Source of the DNA: Deltaproteobacteria bacterium
GTDB lineage: Bacteria > UBA10199 > 2-02-FULL-44-16 > JAAZCA01
Assembly: GCA_018645265.1 (NCBI GenBank)
Contig: JABGOS010000063.1
Location: forward strand, 1 to 59,997
Length of the DNA stretch: 59,997 bases
Direction of reading: 5' to 3'
The position numbers and the translations under genes are program-made. Below, piece by piece: positions 1 to 8,784 of this stretch (its first letter is position 1; every line of letters begins with the position of its first letter). The notes beneath the pieces are model-generated. The model searched no databases. It was not told the DNA's origin and was given only the letters and a program-made list of their open reading frames with translations.

Positions 1-80
1 TTTATATTCATAAATTACACAACTTATGATGGTCGTTAATCCGATAATAATATTATGGGGCAACGATAGGAATATAATAG

Positions 81-557
81 ATGGCACTCTCAGGCGGAGA
101 ACAAAAAAGAGTAGATTTGACGGCACATAGAGCCAGTCAAGGCCTATTAGAATCAATTGAAACATACAGATCACAAAGAACGACACGGACCAGCGATAAA
201 ACTGATAAACCGGATGCTACCTATACACTGAATGACAGTCTCATAATATTCTCTCAACAATTCTCTACGGAATCTACCTGGTCATCATTGGTAGGTGGAG
301 TAATTCGATATTTCTGCAACCACACGCAGGAGGTGGCTGAATCATCCGATATCACACCTGCTTCAACGACAGGTGAAGGAATGCATATCTTAAGAAGTTC
401 CACCAACGGAAGAGATCTAAAGAGAAGGGAGTGGACCCTTCAAGAAATCTCAATGCTTCCAGTGGATGAAATGCAGAAAGCATTGGAATTGTTAAACCTC
501 GGGACACCCGCAGCCAAAAACAGGGTCGACGAGATCATGAAGAAACATCTCACATAA
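81..557 (+). CDS. hypothetical protein (158 aa), no recognisable domain
   Basis: Intact ORF with AGGAA about 9 nt upstream of the ATG. The stop codon abuts the palindrome doublet at 556-602. No motif recognised. Confidence 0.4.
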   Translation: MALSGGEQKRVDLTAHRASQGLLESIETYRSQRTTRTSDKTDKPDATYTLNDSLIIFSQQFSTESTWSSLVGGVIRYFCNHTQEVAESSDITPASTTGEGMHILRSSTNGRDLKRREWTLQEISMLPVDEMQKALELLNLGTPAAKNRVDEIMKKHLT

Positions 558-602
558 AAAAGTGTCCGACACTTTTTCTGAAAAAAGCGTCGGACACTTT
601 TG
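556..602. repeat. palindromic repeat doublet (locus 1): AAAAAAGTGTCCGACACTTTTT + AAAAAAGCGTCGGACACTTTTG, centres 567 and 592 (25 bp apart)
   Basis: Read directly from the sequence. Each copy has 9-nt inverted arms around a single centre base. Lies between convergent ORFs 81-557(+) and 614-1330(-). The two copies have complementary centre bases (C then G), so together they could also pair as one ~19-bp hairpin. Confidence 0.9.
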
Positions 603-613
603 AAAATCATCTA

Positions 614-1330
614 TTAATTATACGATTTATGACCCTCTATCCTACTGCAAACTGATTTTACTTCGGCATCTGAAAACTGCGTTTTCGCAAAACTATATCT
701 AACGCCATCATGCATTCCACTCATATTCGGTGTCCAGGAATCAGATTTACCCATAAAACAGACCTCGGCACCATACTGATAGTTATCAACTTCGAGATGT
801 AGATCCTTACTCTCGCCATCAGGTGCAATCCACTCAACCTGGCCATCAAAGGAACCAAAGGATTCGCTCTCTACAAAACGCTTTTTCATCCCTTTCTGAA
901 CACCCTTAATTTGGCCATACACCTTCTGGGCTTCACCAAATATTTCAGATTCCTTACGAACAACCACGCTAGTGCTCACCTTACAACCAATGGTACATCC
1001 TGAAATCGTCTGCATTTCACCAATCACATCCTGATATCTATAGTCATCTTTTTTATAAAACTCATCCGATATATAGAGAGATACATTGCGAGGCTTATCA
1101 ACATGCTTTTCATATTGATCATGATTAATCAGTGCAAAATCGATCTTACCATCGCCATCGATATCGCCCATCGCCCATTGTTGATGGAGGCTACCATCTG
1201 CTGGATTTGAATCGAGCATCAAGACCTCACCCTTCTTCGTATCAACATATCCAAAACCCCAAAGATTGAGATCATGTCGCACTTCAACTGTATCACCTTT
1301 CCTAATTGGAAACATAGCCTTCCCAGACAT
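614..1330 (-). CDS. hypothetical protein (238 aa) with one FG-GAP/Ca-binding-like DxDxDG motif (GDIDGDGKIDF)
   Basis: Intact ORF with AGGAGG-like sequence upstream (cctcctag on + strand at 1336-1343). Contains the DIDGDGKIDF motif. Flanked on both sides by near-identical 47-bp palindrome doublets. Confidence 0.55.
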   Translation of the reverse strand: MSGKAMFPIRKGDTVEVRHDLNLWGFGYVDTKKGEVLMLDSNPADGSLHQQWAMGDIDGDGKIDFALINHDQYEKHVDKPRNVSLYISDEFYKKDDYRYQDVIGEMQTISGCTIGCKVSTSVVVRKESEIFGEAQKVYGQIKGVQKGMKKRFVESESFGSFDGQVEWIAPDGESKDLHLEVDNYQYGAEVCFMGKSDSWTPNMSGMHDGVRYSFAKTQFSDAEVKSVCSRIEGHKSYN

Positions 1331-1461
1331 ACCTACCTCCTAGATTCATTATTAACCTGCAAGATAACTCATTATCGGTCGAATGATTCATTTGTTGCGT
1401 ACTTTCTATAGATGCCTTAACCAACCAAAAACGCACCTGTTTCACCTTCAACGCCTCTCAC

Positions 1462-1510
1462 AAAAAAAGTGCCCGACACCTTTTCTGAAAAAAGCGTCCG
1501 ACACTTCTTT
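1462..1510. repeat. palindromic repeat doublet (locus 2): AAAAAAAGTGCCCGACACCTTTT + AAAAAAGCGTCCGACACTTCTTTG, centres 1474 and 1499 (25 bp apart)
   Basis: About 44/47 nt identical to locus 1, in the same orientation and including the spacer TTTTCTGAAAAAAGCGTC. Lies 12 nt beyond the 3' end of tRNA-Gly and about 130 nt upstream of ORF 614-1330. Confidence 0.9.
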
Positions 1511-1521
1511 GTGACATCCTG

Positions 1522-1592
1522 AGCGGGTGAAGGGAATCGAACCCTCATAACAAGCTTGGGAAGCTTGTGTTCTACCACTGAACTACACCCGC
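1522..1592 (-). tRNA. tRNA-Gly (anticodon CCC)
   Basis: The reverse complement reads GCGGGTG-TA-GTTC-AGTGGTA-GAAC-A-CAAGC-TTCCCAA-GCTTG-TTAT-GAGGG-TTCGATT-CCCTT-CACCCGC-T. This gives a canonical cloverleaf with a 7-bp acceptor stem, a TTCGATT T-loop and anticodon loop TT-CCC-AA. CCA is not encoded. Confidence 0.9.
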
Positions 1593-2096
1593 TTGATTTC
1601 CGGCAGGCGGTATATCACCGTGAAAAATGGCCTGCAAGGCAATTAAATCGAACCGCAATTGAGACAGAAAATCTGACTATCTCGCAAATTAAAGCCCATT
1701 AGATGCTGCATAAAATACCACCCAACTACCCTATATTATTTAACTATTTCCAGGCACCCCTTACAAAGAGTGGCAACGTTTGAATTAATGCACAACCTTT
1801 TCACCTATCGATCGATAACCATGCGAAGAGAGTTCCCGGCCATAAACAGCTGGACATTACAATAGATATAGCCTAAAGGAGCTGCTTCGATAATGATTTA
1901 AAATATTTCGCTGGGAAGTAACACCCTTCATTTTCTCCACCTATCTATTTTGAATCACTAAAAACTTAATATTTGACGGCATCATCTTGGTGCTCGTGCG
2001 ACCTGATTTTGTGAAACATCGTATATTGCGACAGTTCATGGAATGTCGCAATATGATTGCTTCGGTGTATCCGCAGCAGAAGGAATAGGAACTATT

Positions 2097-3341
2097 ATGG
2101 AAACGAAAACATTTAAAGAGCTGAATCTAGCAGAAAAGGTCTATCGCGCAGTAAAGGCGCAAAAGTACGAGATCCCAACGCCGATTCAGGCAGAGGCGAT
2201 CCCTCACCTGCTCAAAGGGCACGATCTTATCGGTTGCGCGCAGACCGGAACCGGCAAAACAGCTGCTTTCGCGCTGCCTATATTGAATCAGCTCTCAATC
2301 AATCGCATTAAGGCGAAACCGCGCTCCGCAAGGGTGCTCGTCCTAACACCAACGCGTGAATTGGCAGCTCAGGTGAGTGAGAGCTTCAGAACTTACGGTA
2401 AGTTCCTCGGACTCTCCCACGCGCTCGTCTACGGTGGTGTTAAACAACACTCCCAGGTAAAAGCGCTCTCACGTGGCGTAGATATTCTTATCGCCACGCC
2501 TGGACGTCTTTTGGATCTGATGCGTCAGGGATATCTGAAACTCAATCAAATTGAGGTCTTCGTGCTGGATGAAGCAGATAGAATGCTCGATATGGGTTTC
2601 ATCCCGGATATCAGAAAGGTAATTTCTGAGCTACCAAAGAAACGTCAGGCCCTGCTATTTTCCGCAACGATGGCACCTCAAATTCGCCAGTTAGCAGAAA
2701 CACTACTCAATGACCCTGTTAAAATTACAGTAAAGTCGGAGTTGGTGACAGCTGAAAACATAGATGAACGAATTCATTTCGTTGATGATAAGGATAAACG
2801 CAACTTACTTTCCGAAGTATTAGGTAAACCGGACGTCGAACGCGCCCTCGTTTTTACAAAGACAAAGAACGGTGCCAACAGACTCGCAAAGCATTTAGGT
2901 AGAAGAGCCAACGCAATTCATGGCAACAAATCCCAAAGTGCAAGGCTATCCGCTCTACAGGATTTTCGTACCGGCAGATGCCGCGTACTGGTTGCAACTG
3001 ATGTTGCATCGAGGGGAATAGACGTTACGGGCATCACACACGTCATCAATTATGATCTACCGAGAGAAGCGGAGAGCTACGTTCACCGTATAGGTAGGAC
3101 GGCAAGGGCTGGGGCTAGCGGCTCCGCCATTTCATTCTGTGGCGTCGGTGACAAGCTGCTCCTTAGAAATATCGAACGGCTGCTCAAACGCTCCGTTCCA
3201 AAATGTGACGATCATTCCTTTCACTCCGACCTTATTGCCAAGGCAGGAATACAACCAAGGGAAGGTGGTCGACCAAGAGGAAGAGGAGCAGGAAGAGGAA
3301 GAGGCCCTCGTCGATTCGGCAATAGAAGCCGTCGGGCATAA
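2097..3341 (+). CDS. DEAD-box ATP-dependent RNA helicase (RhlE-like) with RG-rich C-terminal tail
   Basis: Q motif (PTPIQ), AQTGTGKT, PTRELA, TPGRL, DEAD, SAT, ATDVASRGID, HRIGRTARAG, and tail GRPRGRGAGRGRGPRRFGNRSRR. ATG 2097 (METKTFKEL) is preferred over ATG 2043 because AGGA lies 6 nt upstream and 2043 sits inside a leader hairpin. Confidence 0.9.
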   Translation: METKTFKELNLAEKVYRAVKAQKYEIPTPIQAEAIPHLLKGHDLIGCAQTGTGKTAAFALPILNQLSINRIKAKPRSARVLVLTPTRELAAQVSESFRTYGKFLGLSHALVYGGVKQHSQVKALSRGVDILIATPGRLLDLMRQGYLKLNQIEVFVLDEADRMLDMGFIPDIRKVISELPKKRQALLFSATMAPQIRQLAETLLNDPVKITVKSELVTAENIDERIHFVDDKDKRNLLSEVLGKPDVERALVFTKTKNGANRLAKHLGRRANAIHGNKSQSARLSALQDFRTGRCRVLVATDVASRGIDVTGITHVINYDLPREAESYVHRIGRTARAGASGSAISFCGVGDKLLLRNIERLLKRSVPKCDDHSFHSDLIAKAGIQPREGGRPRGRGAGRGRGPRRFGNRSRRA

Positions 3342-3363
3342 GTTTTTTTTGATATAAAAAAGG

Positions 3364-3402
3364 AAAAACCACGGGGCATGTACATATGCTCCGTGGTTTT
3401 TT
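3364..3402. terminator. bidirectional rho-independent terminator between convergent genes
   Basis: AAAAA, then CCACGGGGCAT / ATGCTCCGTGG (11-bp stem with one G.U, 6-nt loop), then TTTTTT. Lies between the helicase (+) and the FG-GAP gene (-). Confidence 0.65.
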
Positions 3403-3448
3403 ATATTATCAAGCAGCCTTCAGACATGCTGCCCTATTTGCACCTAAA

Positions 3449-5155
3449 TTATTCGTTCAAATAAACTGACATACCATCATCATCTGCGACAGTGAGATCA
3501 AGGTCTCCATCACCATCTAAATCAGCTGCTGCGACGCCAACTGGATCATCCGCAGAATCATACTCCACTTTATCTGCAAAGGTTCCATCTCCATTATTCA
3601 GAAACGCTATTATCTTAGAATTTTCATCCTCCGTAGCAACGACATCAACATCACCATCACCGTCAAAGTCAGCAGTAACAATATAGGCAGTATCGCCGCC
3701 CACACTATAGTTCACCTGATCAGCAAAAGTTCCATCTCCATTGTTTAGGAATGCTGAAATCCTAAGATCGTCATTGTTCGCTACAACAATATCAACATCA
3801 CCATCACCGTCCAGATCGGCAGCACTGATACCTGTGGGTTTATTCCTGGCATCATAACTTACAGCATCCTCAAAAGATCCATCCCCGCTATTTAAGAAAA
3901 CTGAAAAGGAACCACCATTAACATTCGTAACAGCAACATCGATACTACCATCGCCATTCAAGTCAGCTGTGATGATACCATAGGAAACGTAACCGATGTC
4001 ATAATCCACCTTACTCGCAAAAGTACCGTTACCGTCATTTAAGAAAACTGATATATCACGACTTGTAAGGTTAGTGACAGCAACATCAATATCACCATCA
4101 CCATCTAAATCAGCCGTCGCAATACCAAATGGGATCTGCCCAGTGCTATATTCAACACCACCAGCAAACGTACCATCACCATCATTCAGAAACACCGAGA
4201 ATGTATTATCTCCTGAGGCTGGAACACCAATGTCAATATCACCATCGCCATCAAAATCGGCTGTGGCAATGTCGTAAGGTCCAGATCCAGCATTATAATT
4301 CACTAGGCCTGAAAAAGTACCATCACCATCATTTAGACGTACTGAAAAATTATCAGAAAGTGCATTCAGGACTGCGCTATCGATATCACCATCGCCATCC
4401 AGATCAGCCACTGCGATTCCATAAGAAAAATTACCCATACTGTAACTGACTCCATCAGCAAATGTTCCACCCGTAGCATACACCATCGGATTTGTGCCTG
4501 CCGCAATCTCCTCCGCATTAGTTCCACCACCGGTGACACCTGTATCACCATCAAAATCGGCTACATCATCACTGGCATCGGTGGGATCCATTCCAGATGT
4601 CGGTTTGACAATTCCAGTTGGAATCCTAAACGGACTTGCCGAAGGGCGATATATATCAACATCCGCAGGCGTAAGAGCTATCCAACCGGTCTTATTATTT
4701 ACGAGCGGAACGGCACCATTTATATACTCATAACCATCAACGACACCTCCGCCATCAAGATCATTGATGGTCAGTTCCACTGAAGCGGTCACCGCAGAAT
4801 CATCCGCATCAACACAGGTGTATGTTATCGCAGAGGCAGTTAGCGCATCGGAGGGGATTGTAGTCCCTGATGCCAATGTCATAACCCTTGAATCCACATC
4901 AAAGGAGAGCCATGAGGGTAAATCCTCAATAGAATACACTATGGTCATAGAGGTATTTTCAGTCGTGCAAACAGGCATAACAATCTCACCCAGCGTCAGA
5001 CCCACCGCCATTCCATATGCGTTGTTTGTTCCCAGGGCAGTTCTCACAGCATCCTCAGTAGGCGCTGTCAAAGTATCAGCATCGCTACTGCTACTCCCCC
5101 CGCAAGCAAATGAAATAACCGCCATGAGGGATAGTAATAAAATTAACTTACGCAT
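3449..5155 (-). CDS. FG-GAP/VCBS-repeat lipoprotein (predicted 7-bladed integrin-alpha-like beta-propeller) with N-terminal Ig/cadherin-like region
   Basis: Lipobox signal peptide MRKLILLLSLMAVISFAC. Seven ~49-aa repeats of the form FSVFLNDGDGTF..V.Y..G..P.GI..ADLDGDGDIDV.V occupy roughly 3452-4500. Confidence 0.85.
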   Translation of the reverse strand: MRKLILLLSLMAVISFACGGSSSSDADTLTAPTEDAVRTALGTNNAYGMAVGLTLGEIVMPVCTTENTSMTIVYSIEDLPSWLSFDVDSRVMTLASGTTIPSDALTASAITYTCVDADDSAVTASVELTINDLDGGGVVDGYEYINGAVPLVNNKTGWIALTPADVDIYRPSASPFRIPTGIVKPTSGMDPTDASDDVADFDGDTGVTGGGTNAEEIAAGTNPMVYATGGTFADGVSYSMGNFSYGIAVADLDGDGDIDSAVLNALSDNFSVRLNDGDGTFSGLVNYNAGSGPYDIATADFDGDGDIDIGVPASGDNTFSVFLNDGDGTFAGGVEYSTGQIPFGIATADLDGDGDIDVAVTNLTSRDISVFLNDGNGTFASKVDYDIGYVSYGIITADLNGDGSIDVAVTNVNGGSFSVFLNSGDGSFEDAVSYDARNKPTGISAADLDGDGDVDIVVANNDDLRISAFLNNGDGTFADQVNYSVGGDTAYIVTADFDGDGDVDVVATEDENSKIIAFLNNGDGTFADKVEYDSADDPVGVAAADLDGDGDLDLTVADDDGMSVYLNE

Positions 5156-5261
5156 ATTCAGATACCTCCATTTATTTAGGCTACATTGTTATTTAAGCTA
5201 CATTTAAAATATCCAGATTCATTATGCAAGGCAAAGGCCACTTTAGATGTTAGATGAACTT

Positions 5262-5384
5262 ACCATCTCATTTTGCGGTATCGGTCACGAGATACTTCTC
5301 AGAAATATCGAACACCTACTTAAGCATGACGTTCCAAAATGCAATCAACATTCCTTTCATTCTGATTTCATTGCAAAGTCCGGA
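5262..5384 (+). pseudogene. remnant of a DEAD-box helicase 3' end (duplicate of 3129-3248)
   Basis: Gapless 40-codon match with 29/40 identical residues: ISFCGIGHEILLRNIEHLLKHDVPKCNQHSFHSDFIAKSG versus ISFCGVGDKLLLRNIERLLKRSVPKCDDHSFHSDLIAKAG. Roughly 75% nt identity by eye. No helicase core lies upstream, and the rest of ORF 5247-5558 has no resemblance. Confidence 0.65.
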
Positions 5385-5652
5385 GCGCCGAGCACCATTC
5401 TCGTGAAGAAAGTTGTCGTTCCAGGCTTAGGAGTCGCTGAACGTAAGCTGCCAATATTGTTAACGGAATGGATAGCCCAACCCCATTTTCAACACCACTC
5501 CTTTCTATATAAAAATGCGTTTTACACTACAATAACAAGAAGTTGTATTATGGCATAAAGAGAACCACTCCGCCTCGCGCAACTTCAGGGGGGCAAGTAA
5601 CCGATATATAATATACAATCGGCGGCGGAAAAGGGGAGGAATTGGAGGCGTC

Positions 5653-7305
5653 ATGTCCAAACGATTCTTTACCGTTCTCTTGCTTGCAATAATAATTCTT
5701 ACGATACCCAGCAAATCAAAAGCATCCAACATCGATAAAGAATGGCCAGCGATTCAGCAATACCTTGTGGCTGTGTCCGAGCTCTACCCGAAAGACAATA
5801 ACGCAATGAAAGGTGCTGCCTTTGCCTTAGCGTCTTCTAAATTTGTAGCAAAGGATGCCCATACTATTGGAATATGTAAAAAATGGATCAACTCCTCTTC
5901 AAATTGCATAGACGGAGAAGATCCCCTCATCCAGAAGACCGCCTGCCAAAACATGGAAAAACACCTTGATGCGATGTACCTGACACTCTTAAAGAATGGG
6001 TCCAACGTATCGACCGACTCGGAGAAATTCACAAATGCGCATGTCCTAGCAGCATACGTGATCGAGGAATTCTTATACAAATTAAACATGGATGGATTTG
6101 CAATGTTACTAACCGATGGATTCTGCGACGCCCTCTCCGACCAGGCAGCACTTACTATAGGTCTTTCAGTTGGTGATCCGGGAAAGGCAGGCGGTCCTAA
6201 TGGGGCATCCGGCAATGCACCTTCAAATAGCAACGGAAGCAGTTGTTCCGTTCTTGGAGATACTCAGATAAACCCATACGGTCCAGATCCAGCCCCTATG
6301 ACATCGCCCAGTGGACCCGTGGGTGGCGGGCAAGAACCGGTGAGTCCTATCGGCCCCAATGCGATCGGCCATCAGATGGGTGGACCTAACCCCTGTCCTA
6401 TTAATTTTACTGCAGCAGGAGGTGGTAAGGGTGTCGGAGACAATGAATACTCACTTTCCGATGGGCTTAAGGAACCAAACTGGGATGATTTCAATTTGGA
6501 TATACCCGATGATAGAAGTAAGGATAATGGCAACGACCTGGACAACGAAACAGGTTCTCGTGAGAATGATAATAACAACTCAAACGCAAATGACGGTGGC
6601 AGTGATCATCAGAATAGTGGTAGCGGTCCAACTATCACCAAAATCGATGGTGGTTCATCTGGAATCATTACATGGGAAACCATAGCCGGAGGATGGGTTG
6701 CGGGAAACGGTGTCGTCGGCATGTATGGTGGACATAATTTTGGATCCGAAGAGAGACCCTTCGTTGTCGGTTGGATTGCCTCAATATCAGGAGGTGGTGA
6801 ATATTCTGGAGGTGGAGGCATTGGAGGAACATTCACCACAAGCCCCGATGCCGATATATCCCCCGGCATATGTAACATCGGTCCTACGGCATCCCTCTGC
6901 CTCTCCACGGAGTCGGCTGAAGAGAAGTGCGAGAAAAAAAAGATGGAATACTGCATGGTCGCCAATTGCACCGAAGAATATCTCAACTCCGATTGCGGCG
7001 GAGGCGATGGAGCCGGTGCATTAGACCTCACGCAGATGCCGGGTTACGGTAACATCGATCCGTTACCAGAAGATGTAAATCCAACACCACCGGATGATGA
7101 TCCATGTGGTGGCCCAGCTCCATACACTGGAAAACCCAGCAAGGAGTGCTGTGATGAAAAACCTAACAACCCTGGATGCGGTGATCCGACAGGTATGAAT
7201 ACTAACACGCTTATATCAAACCCAGGAATACAATCGCCTGCTATCAATAAGGGCATGAGGCGTAATTTGCGAAAACCAACTTTCAACCAAAGTTTCACTG
7301 AGTAG
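5653..7305 (+). CDS. secreted low-complexity protein (550 aa), Gly/Asn/Asp/Pro-rich with Cys-rich C-terminal part
   Basis: GGAGG 6 nt upstream of the ATG. Signal peptide MSKRFFTVLLLAIIILTIPSKSKA. Long G/N/D/S/P-rich stretches, with several Cys clustered in the last ~150 aa. No known domain recognised. Confidence 0.6.
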   Translation: MSKRFFTVLLLAIIILTIPSKSKASNIDKEWPAIQQYLVAVSELYPKDNNAMKGAAFALASSKFVAKDAHTIGICKKWINSSSNCIDGEDPLIQKTACQNMEKHLDAMYLTLLKNGSNVSTDSEKFTNAHVLAAYVIEEFLYKLNMDGFAMLLTDGFCDALSDQAALTIGLSVGDPGKAGGPNGASGNAPSNSNGSSCSVLGDTQINPYGPDPAPMTSPSGPVGGGQEPVSPIGPNAIGHQMGGPNPCPINFTAAGGGKGVGDNEYSLSDGLKEPNWDDFNLDIPDDRSKDNGNDLDNETGSRENDNNNSNANDGGSDHQNSGSGPTITKIDGGSSGIITWETIAGGWVAGNGVVGMYGGHNFGSEERPFVVGWIASISGGGEYSGGGGIGGTFTTSPDADISPGICNIGPTASLCLSTESAEEKCEKKKMEYCMVANCTEEYLNSDCGGGDGAGALDLTQMPGYGNIDPLPEDVNPTPPDDDPCGGPAPYTGKPSKECCDEKPNNPGCGDPTGMNTNTLISNPGIQSPAINKGMRRNLRKPTFNQSFTE

Positions 7306-7338
7306 ATGCGGATTATCGATATTCATACTGCATGAAAG

Positions 7339-8775
7339 TTAGCCCTTGATGACACCAAGGGGCTTTAGCTTCACTACCTTCTTCGCAATTCCGGCATTAT
7401 GAACACAGTCCACCACCTCGGCGACATCCTTGTAGGCGAGTGGTGCCTCTTCAGCAATCGTTCCACTGGAAGCTCCGCGAACTATGATTCCCTGCTCCTC
7501 AAGTTCACGAGCGATATCACGACCGCGACACGCCTTCTTGGCTTTATGTCGGCTCATCACACGACCCGCTCCATGGCATGAAGATCCGAACGTCTCCTTC
7601 ATCGCCTTGTCGGTACCAACAAGGACGAATGAATATCTTCCCATATCGCCAGGAATCAGAACCGGCTGCCCTATTGCACGATAACAAGCTGGAACTTCTG
7701 GATGTTTTGCAGGAAACGCGCGCGTGGCGCCTTTTCTATGAACGCACAACCTCTTCGATACCCCACCGACATGATGCTCTTCAAATTTCGCAATGTTATG
7801 CGCTATATCATAAATCGGATTTATGCAGTGATCAGCCGGCCCTATCTGTAATGATTTTTCAATGGCGAGACGAACCCAATGCATTATCATCTGCCGATTC
7901 GCAAAGGCAAAATTTGCCGCAGCCGCCATCGCCGCAAAATAATGTTTTCCCTCATCTGATTTTATCGGAGCACAACATAGCTGTTTATCGGGAAGTTCAA
8001 TTCCATATTTGCGAGACGCCTTGAGCATCACCTCGATATGATCCTCGCAGACTTGATGTCCAAGCCCCCTCGATCCAGTATGAATCGTAATGGTTAGCTG
8101 CCCTGGAAATAGTCCCATGACGTTTGCGGCCTGCTCATCATATATCTCCACCACTTCCTGCATCTCGATGAAGTGGTTTCCACTGCCTAGCGTTCCTGGC
8201 TGATTGCATCCGCGCTTCTTAGCACGATCACTCACACAATCCGGATCGGCACCCTGAATGCATCCTGCGGCCTCAATATGATCCAGATCATCAGCATTGC
8301 CATACCCCTGACTAACCGCCCATGCCGCACCATCAACCAACACTCCATCAAGATCATCTTTATTCAGCCTCAGATCACCGCGATGTGATCCAACGCCAGT
8401 TGGGATATCACGAAACATCTGGTTGATCACTTCACTAGTTTTGGATTTTATGTCTCGAACCTCGAGTTCCGTCCTTAAGAGACGCACGCCGCAGTTGATA
8501 TCGTAACCTACGCCACCCGGTGAAATAATACCTTTATCGATATCGAACGCCGCTACACCACCGATGGGAAATCCATATCCCCAGTGGATATCCGGCATGG
8601 CCAGGGAAGCCCCAACGATTCCAGGAAGGGAGGCCACATTTATAACCTGCTGAAGACTCTCATCCTTGCGTATATCATTTAGCATCCGCTCTGAAGAATA
8701 GATAATTCCATCAACGTTCATCCGCCCATGCTTTGGAATTCTCCAGGCGTAATCGTGAACCCTCTCAAGTTTCAT
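7339..8775 (-). CDS. rtcB: RNA-splicing ligase RtcB
   Basis: Signature motifs GGVGYDINCGVR, GSGNHFIE, HTGSRGLGHQ and SSCHGAGR; 478 aa. Confidence 0.93.
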   Translation of the reverse strand: MKLERVHDYAWRIPKHGRMNVDGIIYSSERMLNDIRKDESLQQVINVASLPGIVGASLAMPDIHWGYGFPIGGVAAFDIDKGIISPGGVGYDINCGVRLLRTELEVRDIKSKTSEVINQMFRDIPTGVGSHRGDLRLNKDDLDGVLVDGAAWAVSQGYGNADDLDHIEAAGCIQGADPDCVSDRAKKRGCNQPGTLGSGNHFIEMQEVVEIYDEQAANVMGLFPGQLTITIHTGSRGLGHQVCEDHIEVMLKASRKYGIELPDKQLCCAPIKSDEGKHYFAAMAAAANFAFANRQMIMHWVRLAIEKSLQIGPADHCINPIYDIAHNIAKFEEHHVGGVSKRLCVHRKGATRAFPAKHPEVPACYRAIGQPVLIPGDMGRYSFVLVGTDKAMKETFGSSCHGAGRVMSRHKAKKACRGRDIARELEEQGIIVRGASSGTIAEEAPLAYKDVAEVVDCVHNAGIAKKVVKLKPLGVIKG

Positions 8776-8784
8776 AGATAATTC

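Noticed and set aside
2043-2096. Longer helicase start at ATG 2043 (MSQYDCFGVS...)
   Set aside because: The ATG sits inside the 2023-2054 inverted repeat and has no SD. The Q-motif spacing fits the ATG 2097 start better.
3492-4733. Several 60-106-aa ORFs antisense to, or out of frame with, the FG-GAP gene, including a His-rich one at 4129-4449
   Set aside because: They are low-complexity by-products of the repeated GAT/GGT/GAC-rich FG-GAP coding repeats. They have no RBS, and the FG-GAP frame is clearly the real one.
5385-5558. Remainder of ORF 5247-5558, and ORF 5505-5732 on the opposite strand
   Set aside because: Neither resembles the helicase tail or anything else, and neither has an RBS. 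They probably represent read-through of a decayed fragment in an intergenic region.
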